Below are positions 47,808-56,964 of a stretch of 64,000 nucleotides of DNA, piece by piece. The first letter of the stretch is position 1. The number at the start of each line of letters is the position of its first letter. Below the pieces are notes generated by a model that searched no databases, was not told where the DNA came from, and worked only from the letters and a program-made list of their open reading frames with translations. The stretch comes from an uncultured Bacilli bacterium (lineage in GTDB: Bacteria; Bacillota_I; Bacilli_A; RF39; UBA660), in contig CAKOPC010000002.1 of NCBI GenBank assembly GCA_934098705.1, positions 250,681-314,680 of the forward strand, given 5' to 3'. A program made the position numbers and the translations under genes.

Positions 47808-49034
47808 ATGGATAAAGAATTAGAAATAGCTTTAGAAAAAGAACATGAAAGACAACAAAATAATATTGAACTTATAGCAAGTGAAAACTATGCTTCAAAG
47901 TATGTAAGAGAATTGCAAGGTAGTATTTTAACCAACAAATATGCAGAAGGTTATCCAGGACATAGATATTATGGTGGATGTCAGTATATTGATATATTTG
48001 AAGAATTAGCACGTAAATATGCTTGTGAATTATTTAATGCATCATATGCAAACGTACAACCTCACTCAGGAAGTAGTGCTAACATGGCTGTTTATAGAGC
48101 ATTACTTAATAAAGGTGATGTTGTAATGGGTATGAATCTTTCTCATGGAGGACATTTAACACATGGACATGCTTTAAGCTTTTCAGGTCAAGATTATACA
48201 ATCGTACCATATAATGTTGATGAAGAAACTGAGTGTTTAGATTATGATGAAATAAGAAGGATTGCTAAAGAAGTTCACCCTAAAATGATTATAGCAGGAT
48301 ATAGTGCTTATCCAAGAGTTATTGACTTTAAAAAATTTAGAGAAATTTGTGATGAAGTAGGAGCTTATTTAATGGTTGACATGGCTCATATTGCAGGTCT
48401 TATAGCAGCAGGACTTCATCCATCCCCAGTACCATATGCCGATGTTGTTACAACAACAACTCATAAAACATTACGTGGCCCAAGAGGGGGTATGATTCTA
48501 ACAAATAACGAAGAAATAATAAAAAAAATAGATAAAACAATATTCCCTGGTATTCAAGGTGGTCCATTAATGCATGTTATAGGAGCAAAAGCACAGTGTT
48601 TTTATGAAGCATTACAACCAACATTTAAAGAATATCAAGAGCAAGTTATAAAAAATTGCAAAGCAATGTGTGATGAATTTATAAAATTAGGATGCAAAGT
48701 TGTATCAAATGGCACTGATAATCATTTAATGCTTTTAAATGTAAAAGAAAGCTTTAATATAACAGGAAAAGAAGCAGAAAAAGTACTTGATAAAATTCAT
48801 ATAACAGTAAACAAAAATACAATTCCTTACGATAATGAAAAACCATTTACAACAAGTGGTATAAGACTTGGAAGTGCCGCTATGACAACAAGAGGGTTTA
48901 AAGAAGATGAATTTATAAAACTAACAAATATAATTTATAAAGCTTTAAAAAATAAAAATAATGAAACAGTTTTAGAAGAACTTTCTAAAGAAGTATTAAA
49001 GTTGACGAATAAATTTCCAATAGATAATATATAA
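47808..49034 (+). CDS. glyA: serine hydroxymethyltransferase
   Basis: Typical SHMT sequence ([25 protein letters not shown]-Lys region). I prefer ATG 47808 over GTG 47799. Confidence 0.95.
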   Translation: MDKELEIALEKEHERQQNNIELIASENYASKYVRELQGSILTNKYAEGYPGHRYYGGCQYIDIFEELARKYACELFNASYANVQPHSGSSANMAVYRALLNKGDVVMGMNLSHGGHLTHGHALSFSGQDYTIVPYNVDEETECLDYDEIRRIAKEVHPKMIIAGYSAYPRVIDFKKFREICDEVGAYLMVDMAHIAGLIAAGLHPSPVPYADVVTTTTHKTLRGPRGGMILTNNEEIIKKIDKTIFPGIQGGPLMHVIGAKAQCFYEALQPTFKEYQEQVIKNCKAMCDEFIKLGCKVVSNGTDNHLMLLNVKESFNITGKEAEKVLDKIHITVNKNTIPYDNEKPFTTSGIRLGSAAMTTRGFKEDEFIKLTNIIYKALKNKNNETVLEELSKEVLKLTNKFPIDNI

Positions 49035-49047
49035 AAAAGAAACTTAG

Positions 49048-49707
49048 TTAATCATTTTCTAAGTTTCTTTTTCTTATAAGCTCGTTATTAACATTATTGT
49101 TAATAACTCTTTTTGCCATTTTACCACAACTATATCTAAATTTATAGCCATTATCATTAATATTAACTTTAGTAATATTATCATAGGAAATATAAATGTC
49201 TTTGCCTGGAAATTTATAACAATTATCAAAAGTATCAAAAGGAGATTTTGATATATCAAGCAAATATAAATAGTCTAAATCTTTATAAACAATGTAAAAC
49301 AGTTTATGATTTTTTTCAACAATATCATTTATATCTAATCTATAATTAGGATTATAATTATGATAAAATGAGGTAGAGTTAAAGAATTTTTTAAAAATAT
49401 TACCAATATAATGCATCTTTTTACTAATATCTATGCCATCATCAAAATCAATTTCTTTAACAAAACAAAAAATATCATTTTTATCAATTAAATAAGGATC
49501 CATTTTTATAAATCTTTTTTTATTATCATCAATTTTATTATAAGGGAACATATAATCATCATAGGAAACTAATCTTTTAAAAAATGGTAATACAACATAT
49601 TTATTATGTTTATCATTTTTAGAAATAACAAGTCCAAATCTTAGTTCATTATCAATTTTACAAATTACAATATCACCTGGTATAAAACATTTATTTTCTG
49701 TATTCAT
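49048..49707 (-). CDS. hypothetical protein (orphan, opposite strand)
   Basis: 219-aa ORF with SD GGAGG on the minus strand. I recognise no family. Confidence 0.45.
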   Translation of the reverse strand: MNTENKCFIPGDIVICKIDNELRFGLVISKNDKHNKYVVLPFFKRLVSYDDYMFPYNKIDDNKKRFIKMDPYLIDKNDIFCFVKEIDFDDGIDISKKMHYIGNIFKKFFNSTSFYHNYNPNYRLDINDIVEKNHKLFYIVYKDLDYLYLLDISKSPFDTFDNCYKFPGKDIYISYDNITKVNINDNGYKFRYSCGKMAKRVINNNVNNELIRKRNLEND

Positions 49708-49923
49708 TAGAACCTCCAGCTAATATAATATTATAAAGTAAATACTTATTAAAAGCAATAAAGATTACTAATCTTTAAACAAAACAAACCTTTCCAATAA
49801 CAATTTATTAAAAAATAAAATGAATATTCATAACAAAAATCATCAAAAGTATATAAAAAAATAAATAAATACATAAAAAATCAATAAAATAAAGAAAAAA
49901 TCCTACTTTTTATTAAAAAATGT

Positions 49924-49951
49924 TTGACAAAATCATATATTATGGTATAAT
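49924..49951 (+). promoter_or_regulatory. promoter of the infC-rpmI-rplT operon
   Basis: TTGACA, 16-nt spacer, and an extended -10 TGgTATAAT. Confidence 0.65.
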
Positions 49952-50090
49952 CATACTTGTAAAAAAAGGAAAGAGATGTATATATCCACCTGATTGGCGT
50001 TATATTATTTAGCTGATGGGTAAAAGGCCAAAGTAGAAGATAAGATATTTTTTTGGTGGATAAGAGTACATTTCGTACTCTTTTTATAAT
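49952..50090 (+). ncRNA. probable L20-type ribosomal leader/attenuator
   Basis: ~140-nt 5' UTR, relatively GC-richer than its surroundings. It ends in the terminator hairpin AAGAGTAC / GTACTCTT plus T-run (50062-50085), directly before infC. Confidence 0.5.
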
Positions 50091-50107
50091 ATTTGGAGGT
50101 GTTTAAT

Positions 50108-50632
50108 ATAGCAAATAAAAATAATGATTTGTTATGCAACGAACAGATCAAAAATAGTCAAGTTTTAGTAATTGGACCAAATGGAGAACAATTAGGAGTA
50201 AAGGCAATAAAAGATGCTTTAACTATTGCAAGTTATGCTGGCTTAGATTTAGTATTAATAAATTCAAATAGTAATCCAGGTGTTTGTAAAATTATGGATT
50301 ACAATAAATATAAATACGAAAAAGCAAAAAAGCAAAAGGAAGCAACAAAGAAACAAAAAGCCTCTAATATGGAACTTAAAGAATATCGTTTAAGTCCAGT
50401 AATTGATATTGGAGATTTTAATACAAAAGTTAACAATGCATCAAAATATTTAGAAAAAGGACATAAAGTAAAACTTTGTGTACGTTTTAAAGGAAGACAA
50501 CTTGCTCATCCAGAACTAGGTAATGATGTATTAAATAAATTTACTGAAAGAGTAAAGGATATTGCCGTTATAGAACAACCAGCAAAACTTGAAGGAAAAA
50601 ATATGACTATGCTTTTAGCACCAAATAAATAA
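50108..50632 (+). CDS. infC: translation initiation factor IF-3, probable non-AUG (AUA) start
   Basis: Typical IF3 sequence. There is no ATG/GTG/TTG at a usable distance after SD GGAGG (50095-50099). ATA 50108 lies 8 nt downstream. Confidence 0.85.
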   Translation: MANKNNDLLCNEQIKNSQVLVIGPNGEQLGVKAIKDALTIASYAGLDLVLINSNSNPGVCKIMDYNKYKYEKAKKQKEATKKQKASNMELKEYRLSPVIDIGDFNTKVNNASKYLEKGHKVKLCVRFKGRQLAHPELGNDVLNKFTERVKDIAVIEQPAKLEGKNMTMLLAPNK

Positions 50633-50647
50633 ACATAAGGAGGATTT

Positions 50648-50848
50648 ATGAAAGTTAAAAAATTAAAAAAGAAAACTCATAAAGGTACAAAAAAAGTATT
50701 AAACATTAGACAAGGTGGTACAATATCTAAACAAAATGTTGGAAATAACCACAAAACAGGAAAGAAAACAGCAGCAAGAAAAATTAAGTCAAGAAGTAAA
50801 TCAGAACTTAATGCAAGTGATTTAAAAAGAATTAAAAATGTAATATAA
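50648..50848 (+). CDS. rpmI: 50S ribosomal protein L35
   Basis: 66 aa, highly basic. Lies between infC and rplT. Confidence 0.9.
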   Translation: MKVKKLKKKTHKGTKKVLNIRQGGTISKQNVGNNHKTGKKTAARKIKSRSKSELNASDLKRIKNVI

Positions 50849-50869
50849 GCATAAGGAGGAAATTTTAGT

Positions 50870-51358
50870 ATGACAAGAGTAAAAACAAGTGTAACAACAC
50901 GTGCAAAAAGAAAAAAATATCTTGATAAAGCCGAAGGATATTTTGGAAGTAAACATAGATTATTTAAAACTGCCAAAGAACAAGTTATGCGTTCTGAAAG
51001 ATATGCATATCGTGATCGTAAACAAAAGAAAAGAGAATTTAGAAAATTATGGATTATTAGAATTAATGCTGAATGTAGAAATAATGGAATCAGTTATTCT
51101 AAATTCATTAGTGGTTTAAATAAAGCTGGAGTAGAAGTAAATAGAAAAATGTTAGCAGAACTTGCTATTTACGATAAAGAAGCATTTAAAAATTTAGTTG
51201 AAATTTCTAAAAATGGTAAAGTACAAGAAGTAAAACCAAAAAAAGAAGTAAAAGCTAAAGAAGAAAAGAAAGAAACAGTTAAAAAAGAAGCAGTTAAAAA
51301 AGAAACAAAACCAAGAACTACTAAGACTGCTACTAAACCAAAAAAAGAAGAAAAATAA
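50870..51358 (+). CDS. rplT: 50S ribosomal protein L20 with Lys-rich C-terminal extension
   Basis: L20 core ([16 protein letters not shown]...) followed by ~45 aa of K/E/T-rich tail. Confidence 0.9.
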   Translation: MTRVKTSVTTRAKRKKYLDKAEGYFGSKHRLFKTAKEQVMRSERYAYRDRKQKKREFRKLWIIRINAECRNNGISYSKFISGLNKAGVEVNRKMLAELAIYDKEAFKNLVEISKNGKVQEVKPKKEVKAKEEKKETVKKEAVKKETKPRTTKTATKPKKEEK

Positions 51359-51447
51359 ACATACTAAAGAATTGTAATATCGGGTGCCTTTAAGGTGATG
51401 TTATTTAGAATTTAGTAGAAGATAAAAACAAAGGAGAGAAAAAAAAT

Positions 51448-52482
51448 ATGACAGTAGTATCAATGAATTATTTATTAGAAGCAGGAGTACATTTTGGACA
51501 TCAAAAAAGAAGATGGAATCCAAAGATGAAAGAATATATATATACATCACGTGATGATATATATATAATTGACTTACAAAAAACAGCAAATCTTATTGAA
51601 GAAGCATATGTTGCATTAAAACAAATAGCAGAAAAAGAAGGAACTGTATTATTTGTAGGTACAAAAAAACAAGCACAAGAAGCAATGCAAGAAAGTGCTC
51701 AAAGAACAGGTATGTATTATGTTACTGAAAGATGGTTAGGGGGAACTTTAACTAACTTTAGAACAATAAGAAGTAGAATTAAAAGACTTGAAGAAATAGA
51801 AAATATGGAAAAAGAAGGTAAATTTGAACTTTTACCTAAAAAAGAAGTAATTAAACTAAAAAAGGAATATGAAAAATTAAACCGTAATTTATGTGGAATA
51901 AGAGATATGAAACATCTTCCAAATGCATTAATTATTGTTGACCCAAGACAAGAAGAAACAGCAATAAAAGAAGCAAGAAAATTACATATTCCAGTATTTG
52001 GTATTGTAGATACAAATTGTGATCCAGATATGGTTGATTACGTAATTCCTGCAAATGATGATGCAGTAAGAAGTGTAAAACTTGTAATTGGTGTATTAGC
52101 AAATGCAGTTGCAGAAGCTTATGGTAAAGAAATGATTAATTACGTATCAAATGAAGATAAAGATAAAAATTCTAAAGAAAACATTATGGAAAAAGCAGTT
52201 AAAGAAGTAAAAGACATCAAAGAAGAAATGAAAACTTTAGATATAGAAAAAGATGTTAAAGAAAAAATCAAAGAAGTAAAAGAAAAAGCTCATAAAAGAG
52301 CAGAAAATATTAAAGTAAAAGCAGAAAATATTAAAAAAGAAGTAAAAGAAAAAGTACAAGAAATTAAAGAAGATGTACTAGAAGAAAAAACTTTAACAGA
52401 ATTAAAAGCTATGGCAAAAGCAAAAGATATTAAAGGCTATAGCACAATGAAAAAGCAAGAATTAATCGATGCTTTAAAATAA
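51448..52482 (+). CDS. rpsB: 30S ribosomal protein S2 with ~110-aa C-terminal extension
   Basis: S2 core ([11 protein letters not shown]). A K/E-rich repeat tail ends in [29 protein letters not shown]. Confidence 0.95.
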   Translation: MTVVSMNYLLEAGVHFGHQKRRWNPKMKEYIYTSRDDIYIIDLQKTANLIEEAYVALKQIAEKEGTVLFVGTKKQAQEAMQESAQRTGMYYVTERWLGGTLTNFRTIRSRIKRLEEIENMEKEGKFELLPKKEVIKLKKEYEKLNRNLCGIRDMKHLPNALIIVDPRQEETAIKEARKLHIPVFGIVDTNCDPDMVDYVIPANDDAVRSVKLVIGVLANAVAEAYGKEMINYVSNEDKDKNSKENIMEKAVKEVKDIKEEMKTLDIEKDVKEKIKEVKEKAHKRAENIKVKAENIKKEVKEKVQEIKEDVLEEKTLTELKAMAKAKDIKGYSTMKKQELIDALK

Positions 52483-52496
52483 GGAGGCAAATTTTT

Positions 52497-53381
52497 ATGT
52501 TTACTGCAAACGATGTAAAAGAATTAAGAGAAAAAACTGGAGCTGGCATGATGGATTGCAAAAAAGCATTAGATGCTAGCAAAGGAAATATGGAAGAAGC
52601 AATAACATGGCTTCGTGAAAAAGGAATATCAAAGGCAGAAAAGAAAGCATCAAGAATTGCAGCAGAAGGATTAACATATGCAGAAAGTAAAGATAATACA
52701 GCTGTAATCGCAGAATTAAACTGTGAAACAGACTTTGTTGCAAGAAATGAACAATTTAAAGATTTAATAACTGATATTGTAAAATCATTATTAAATAGTG
52801 ATGCTAAAACATTAGAAGAAGCAAATGAAGTAGTTTTAGAAAATAGAAAAGAAACTATAAAAGATGCAGTAGTTGCCTTTACTGCAAAAATTGGAGAAAA
52901 AATAAGTTTTAGAAGATTTGAAAAAGTAACTAAAACAGATGATGAAGTATTTGGAATCTATAGCCACATGGGCGGAAGAATAACATCACTTGTTGTTTTA
53001 AATGGTAACTCAAATGAAACAGCAAAAGATGTTGCAATGCATGTTGCAGCAATGAAACCATTATACCTTACAAGTAATGACGTTCCAGAAGATGTCTTAA
53101 ATGCTGAAAGAGAAGTATATAAAGAACAATCAATAAACGAAGGAAAATCTCCAGAAATAGCAGAAAAAATGGTTGAAGGTAGAATTAAAAAATACTATAA
53201 AGAAGTATGCTTAAACGACCAAATATTTATAAAAGACTCAAGTTTATCAGTAAAAGATTATGCAAGTAAAAATAATTGTACTATTAAGTCTATGACAAGA
53301 TATGAAGTAGGCGAAGGTATGGAAAAAAGAAATGATAATTTTGCCGAAGAAGTAATGAGTCAAGTAAATGCTGCAAATTAA
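52497..53381 (+). CDS. tsf: elongation factor Ts
   Basis: UBA-like N-terminus (VKELREKTGAGMMDCKKAL). 294 aa. Confidence 0.95.
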   Translation: MFTANDVKELREKTGAGMMDCKKALDASKGNMEEAITWLREKGISKAEKKASRIAAEGLTYAESKDNTAVIAELNCETDFVARNEQFKDLITDIVKSLLNSDAKTLEEANEVVLENRKETIKDAVVAFTAKIGEKISFRRFEKVTKTDDEVFGIYSHMGGRITSLVVLNGNSNETAKDVAMHVAAMKPLYLTSNDVPEDVLNAEREVYKEQSINEGKSPEIAEKMVEGRIKKYYKEVCLNDQIFIKDSSLSVKDYASKNNCTIKSMTRYEVGEGMEKRNDNFAEEVMSQVNAAN

Positions 53382-53386
53382 TAATT

Positions 53387-53418
53387 AAGATTCAAAGATT
53401 AAACTTTGAATCTTTTTT
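53387..53418 (+). terminator. intrinsic terminator
   Basis: Stem AAGATTCAAAG / CTTTGAATCTT followed by a T-run. Confidence 0.8.
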
Positions 53419-53483
53419 GTTGATAAAAAATACTATAGAATAATCCTTTATAATATGTTATAATTTTTATATACAATAAAGGA

Positions 53484-54434
53484 ATGAATTATATGAGATA
53501 TAAACGTTTAAAAAAAATTAATATTAAGTTTTTAAAAAGAAAAAAATTTATAATTTTAATTTGTATCTTATTACTTGTTATAACATCTTCTCTTACATTT
53601 GGTAAATATTTTCATGATGGTTTGCAAAATTTTTATTTTCAAACTAAAAAGTTTTATTTTAATAGTGATAAATTAAAAGATAAAACTGCAACTTATAGTT
53701 TAGATAACTGGTCTGGAGCGGGAGAATATACAATAAATATTAATATGAATAGTATAAAAAATAATTTATTAAAGGCAGAAACAGATATAAGTTATAATAT
53801 TACTTATCAGTGTCCGTCAACAGTTACTTGCCAAATAACAAAAACAAGTGGTGTAATATATGGAAGTGTTAATAATGATTCATTTAATATAGTAGTAACA
53901 CCAAATACAACATTTCATGATGGTGATACAATACTTATATATGTATCTGCAACGTCAACATCACCTTATGAAAAAACAATATCCGCAAGATTCATTTTAA
54001 AGGTAGGTAAAATAGGATTATCATATGAAATAACAGATGAAGAAAAAAGTCCCTACTTAGAGTTTAGAATAACTAATACTATAGATTATTATTTAGTTGA
54101 AGAAGCTTTTGATAATTATAATATTGGTGATAGAATTGATATTGGGCCATATCTTAACCTTCCATCTTCTAAAAAAGATAAATGTTATTCAGCCTATATA
54201 ACATTAACATTTGATCCAAATGTTGTAAGACTTGATTTAACAAATCCTTCATATTTAATAAAAACAAATGAAACAACTAGCCTTATAGAGGGTAATAGTT
54301 ATATTAATGGATACACTTTTAAAATGGAGGCCATATCATCACAAATGGTTAGATTTTATAAAGTAAATCCATTAAATAACTACACATATCCCTTAGTCAA
54401 TGAAACATCAGTAATTAACTTTGAAAGTAGGTAA
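53484..54434 (+). CDS. secreted/anchored beta-rich protein with LTFGKYF post-TM motif
   Basis: 316 aa. A basic N-terminus and TM are followed by T-F-G-K-Y-F, resembling the motif shared by five neighbouring genes. Confidence 0.5.
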   Translation: MNYMRYKRLKKINIKFLKRKKFIILICILLLVITSSLTFGKYFHDGLQNFYFQTKKFYFNSDKLKDKTATYSLDNWSGAGEYTININMNSIKNNLLKAETDISYNITYQCPSTVTCQITKTSGVIYGSVNNDSFNIVVTPNTTFHDGDTILIYVSATSTSPYEKTISARFILKVGKIGLSYEITDEEKSPYLEFRITNTIDYYLVEEAFDNYNIGDRIDIGPYLNLPSSKKDKCYSAYITLTFDPNVVRLDLTNPSYLIKTNETTSLIEGNSYINGYTFKMEAISSQMVRFYKVNPLNNYTYPLVNETSVINFESR

Positions 54435-54440
54435 AGTATT

Positions 54441-55412
54441 ATGAAAGAAAATATTATAGATACATATACATCATATTTTAGAAAAATGGTACATAATAAT
54501 GCTTGTATGATTTTAGAAAAATACTATATAAAAGACATAATTGAAAGTTTTATAGATAATTACATATCATATGCTTTTTATGACTTTTATGCTCCAGATT
54601 CTAAAATAAAAAATGTAAATATTTATAAAAATTTTGAAGACTTAAAAAACCATATGAATAAAGAAACACTATATTATAAAGATGAAATAGAAGTAAATTA
54701 TAAAATGTTTTTATACGCTAAAAATTTAATAGAAATGAAGGAATATGATAGTAACTTAGTAAATGAAATTATTATGTATAAAAACAGTTTGATAAATGAA
54801 GATAAGGATAAAAATAAAAAAATACAAGAAGATATAAAATCTGCATTTGAAATAAAAGAAAAATTTTTTCTATCATTTAAAACAGATGATTTTTACTTAG
54901 AATATGAAAAAACAAATGTTAAAAAATTATATAATGTAACATTAGAATATAATATTAAGTTTCCAGAAATTTATAGTACTTTTGCCATAAATAAAGCATA
55001 TCAAAGAGACCTTGTTAACGAGCAAAAAATATTTGTTTATTACTATATGTTAACATTTAATATTTTAAATGATACGATATATTGTAATACTAATAAATAC
55101 TATTTAGTAGATTTTGATTATACTATATTTGAAAAAGAACAAAAAATAAAAAGATTATTTAAAATAATAGATAATGATTTAATAAAAGATAGGCTAATAT
55201 TTAAAATTACTTATAAAGATTATAAAAATAATGAAAAGAATATAAAAAATATGATTAAAAATGGCTATAAAATAGCTGTTATAATAGATAATGAATTTAC
55301 CATAAATGATAAAATATTATTACAATTAGATATGTTTTATTATATAATAATAAATGATGATAAGTTAAACTTTAAAGAACTAAAGAATAAGACAAACATA
55401 GTAACGTATTAG
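54441..55412 (+). CDS. cytoplasmic hypothetical protein (possibly a degenerate EAL-like fold)
   Basis: 323 aa with no TM. The C-terminal ...LIFKITYKDY...GYKIAVIIDNEF...LQLDMFYYIII loosely recalls the EAL strand pattern. Confidence 0.4.
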   Translation: MKENIIDTYTSYFRKMVHNNACMILEKYYIKDIIESFIDNYISYAFYDFYAPDSKIKNVNIYKNFEDLKNHMNKETLYYKDEIEVNYKMFLYAKNLIEMKEYDSNLVNEIIMYKNSLINEDKDKNKKIQEDIKSAFEIKEKFFLSFKTDDFYLEYEKTNVKKLYNVTLEYNIKFPEIYSTFAINKAYQRDLVNEQKIFVYYYMLTFNILNDTIYCNTNKYYLVDFDYTIFEKEQKIKRLFKIIDNDLIKDRLIFKITYKDYKNNEKNIKNMIKNGYKIAVIIDNEFTINDKILLQLDMFYYIIINDDKLNFKELKNKTNIVTY

Positions 55413-55422
55413 GAGGATTAAA

Positions 55423-56943
55423 ATGAATACATTTATAAGATTTTTATATGAATTTTTAAGGCAATTTTTCTCAGGTTTTAAAAGCTTTTTTAGTGGTCTT
55501 TTAACTGGAATAAAAGATACCTTTAGTATAGGATCATATATAAAAATACTTAACGAGTATAAAAATGATTTTAATGGTGCTGAATGGGTTTTTGTGTCTT
55601 TAACAATTATTTTACTTTTAATATTAATATCTGCACTTGGATTTATAATTTACTTTATAATAAAGAAATATTTAAGATTTAGAAAAACTTTAGTAGAGCA
55701 GGAAGAAATGTTAGAAGAAATAGCTAAACTTAATAAAGAAGTTGCTATAATGACGAAAGAAAAACAAGATATATTATCTATGAAAGTATCACAACTTGGT
55801 CTATCTCCTGATGAAGATGATGAAACAGAAGAAAATGCAAAACCAGAAGAAGAAGAAAACTTAGGAATAAGATTTGCTAAATTAAACGAAATAGACGAAG
55901 AGTTTAAAGATTATAAAATTCAAAATTATGGGAATACATTTACTCTTGAAGAATTAGTTAATTTGTTTAGAAATTTTGCTGCATCTAAACTTAAATTATA
56001 TTATTCTGTTGAAATGATAAGACTTTTTATATCTGCCATTGCTTCAACTAAACTTATTATTTTACAAGGTATATCTGGTACTGGTAAAACATCTCTTGCT
56101 TATGCATGGGGAAAGTTTTTAAAACACGATTCCTGTGTTGCTTCAGTACAACCATCATGGAGAGACCGTACAGAGCTATTTGGTTATTTTAACGAATTTA
56201 CCAAAAAGTTTAATGAAACAGAAGTATTAAAGGAAATATATATGGCAGGTTATACTGATGATATTTATACAGTAATACTGGATGAAATGAATATATCACG
56301 TGTTGAGTACTACTTTGCAGAAATGTTATCAATACTTGAAATGCCAAATAAAGATGAGTGGATAGTAGAACTTGTACCAAGTAAATGGAAAAATGACCCT
56401 AAAAAGTTAATTGGAGGAAAATTAAAAATTGCTCCAAATGTTTGGTATATAGGAACAATAAATAATGATGATTCTACATTTATGGTAACAGATAAAGTAT
56501 ACGACCGTGCTATGCCAATAGATATAAACGATAAAGGAAAAGCATTTGAACCAGTTCAAACAGATGCTCAAGATATAAATTATTCCTATCTTGATTCGTT
56601 ATTTCAAACTGCAATAAAAGAAAATGAAATAACAGAAGAATCATTAAAGAAAATTGAAGAAATGGATGACTACGTTATTAAACATTTCCGTATTGCTTTT
56701 GGTAACCGTATTGTAGCTCATATGAAAAAATTTGTACCAGTATATAAAGCAGCTGGAGGTACTGAACTTAATGGAATAGACTACTTTATGGCACGTAAAG
56801 TACTTAGAAAATTCGAGCAATTAAACATTTCTTATATAAGAGATGAAATAGATGGCTATATAAAATTTTTGGATGACAAATTTGGAGAAAATGAATTTAA
56901 AGAATGTAAAGAATATTTATTAAGATTAAAGAAATTAGCTTAA
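55423..56943 (+). CDS. membrane-anchored, coiled-coil McrB-family (AAA_5) GTPase
   Basis: TM at ~aa 55-80, then a coiled coil and acidic linker. Walker A GISGTGKTS, Walker B VILDEMN, and McrB-type GTINNDDS (NxxD). Confidence 0.75.
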   Translation: MNTFIRFLYEFLRQFFSGFKSFFSGLLTGIKDTFSIGSYIKILNEYKNDFNGAEWVFVSLTIILLLILISALGFIIYFIIKKYLRFRKTLVEQEEMLEEIAKLNKEVAIMTKEKQDILSMKVSQLGLSPDEDDETEENAKPEEEENLGIRFAKLNEIDEEFKDYKIQNYGNTFTLEELVNLFRNFAASKLKLYYSVEMIRLFISAIASTKLIILQGISGTGKTSLAYAWGKFLKHDSCVASVQPSWRDRTELFGYFNEFTKKFNETEVLKEIYMAGYTDDIYTVILDEMNISRVEYYFAEMLSILEMPNKDEWIVELVPSKWKNDPKKLIGGKLKIAPNVWYIGTINNDDSTFMVTDKVYDRAMPIDINDKGKAFEPVQTDAQDINYSYLDSLFQTAIKENEITEESLKKIEEMDDYVIKHFRIAFGNRIVAHMKKFVPVYKAAGGTELNGIDYFMARKVLRKFEQLNISYIRDEIDGYIKFLDDKFGENEFKECKEYLLRLKKLA

Positions 56944-56964
56944 TAAAAGTATTAGGAGGATAAA

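Noticed and set aside
50901-51119. 72-aa + strand ORF in an alternative frame of rplT. Also 9151..9333 at the end of the 7823 gene.
   Set aside because: Embedded in or overlapping a conserved gene in another frame. No SD, and no recognisable product.
52200-52380. Repetitive AAAGAAGTAAAAGAAAAAG-type nucleotide repeats, considered as a CRISPR-like or tandem non-coding array.
   Set aside because: They lie in frame inside rpsB and encode the K/E-rich tail. The units are imperfect and contiguous, with no spacer structure.
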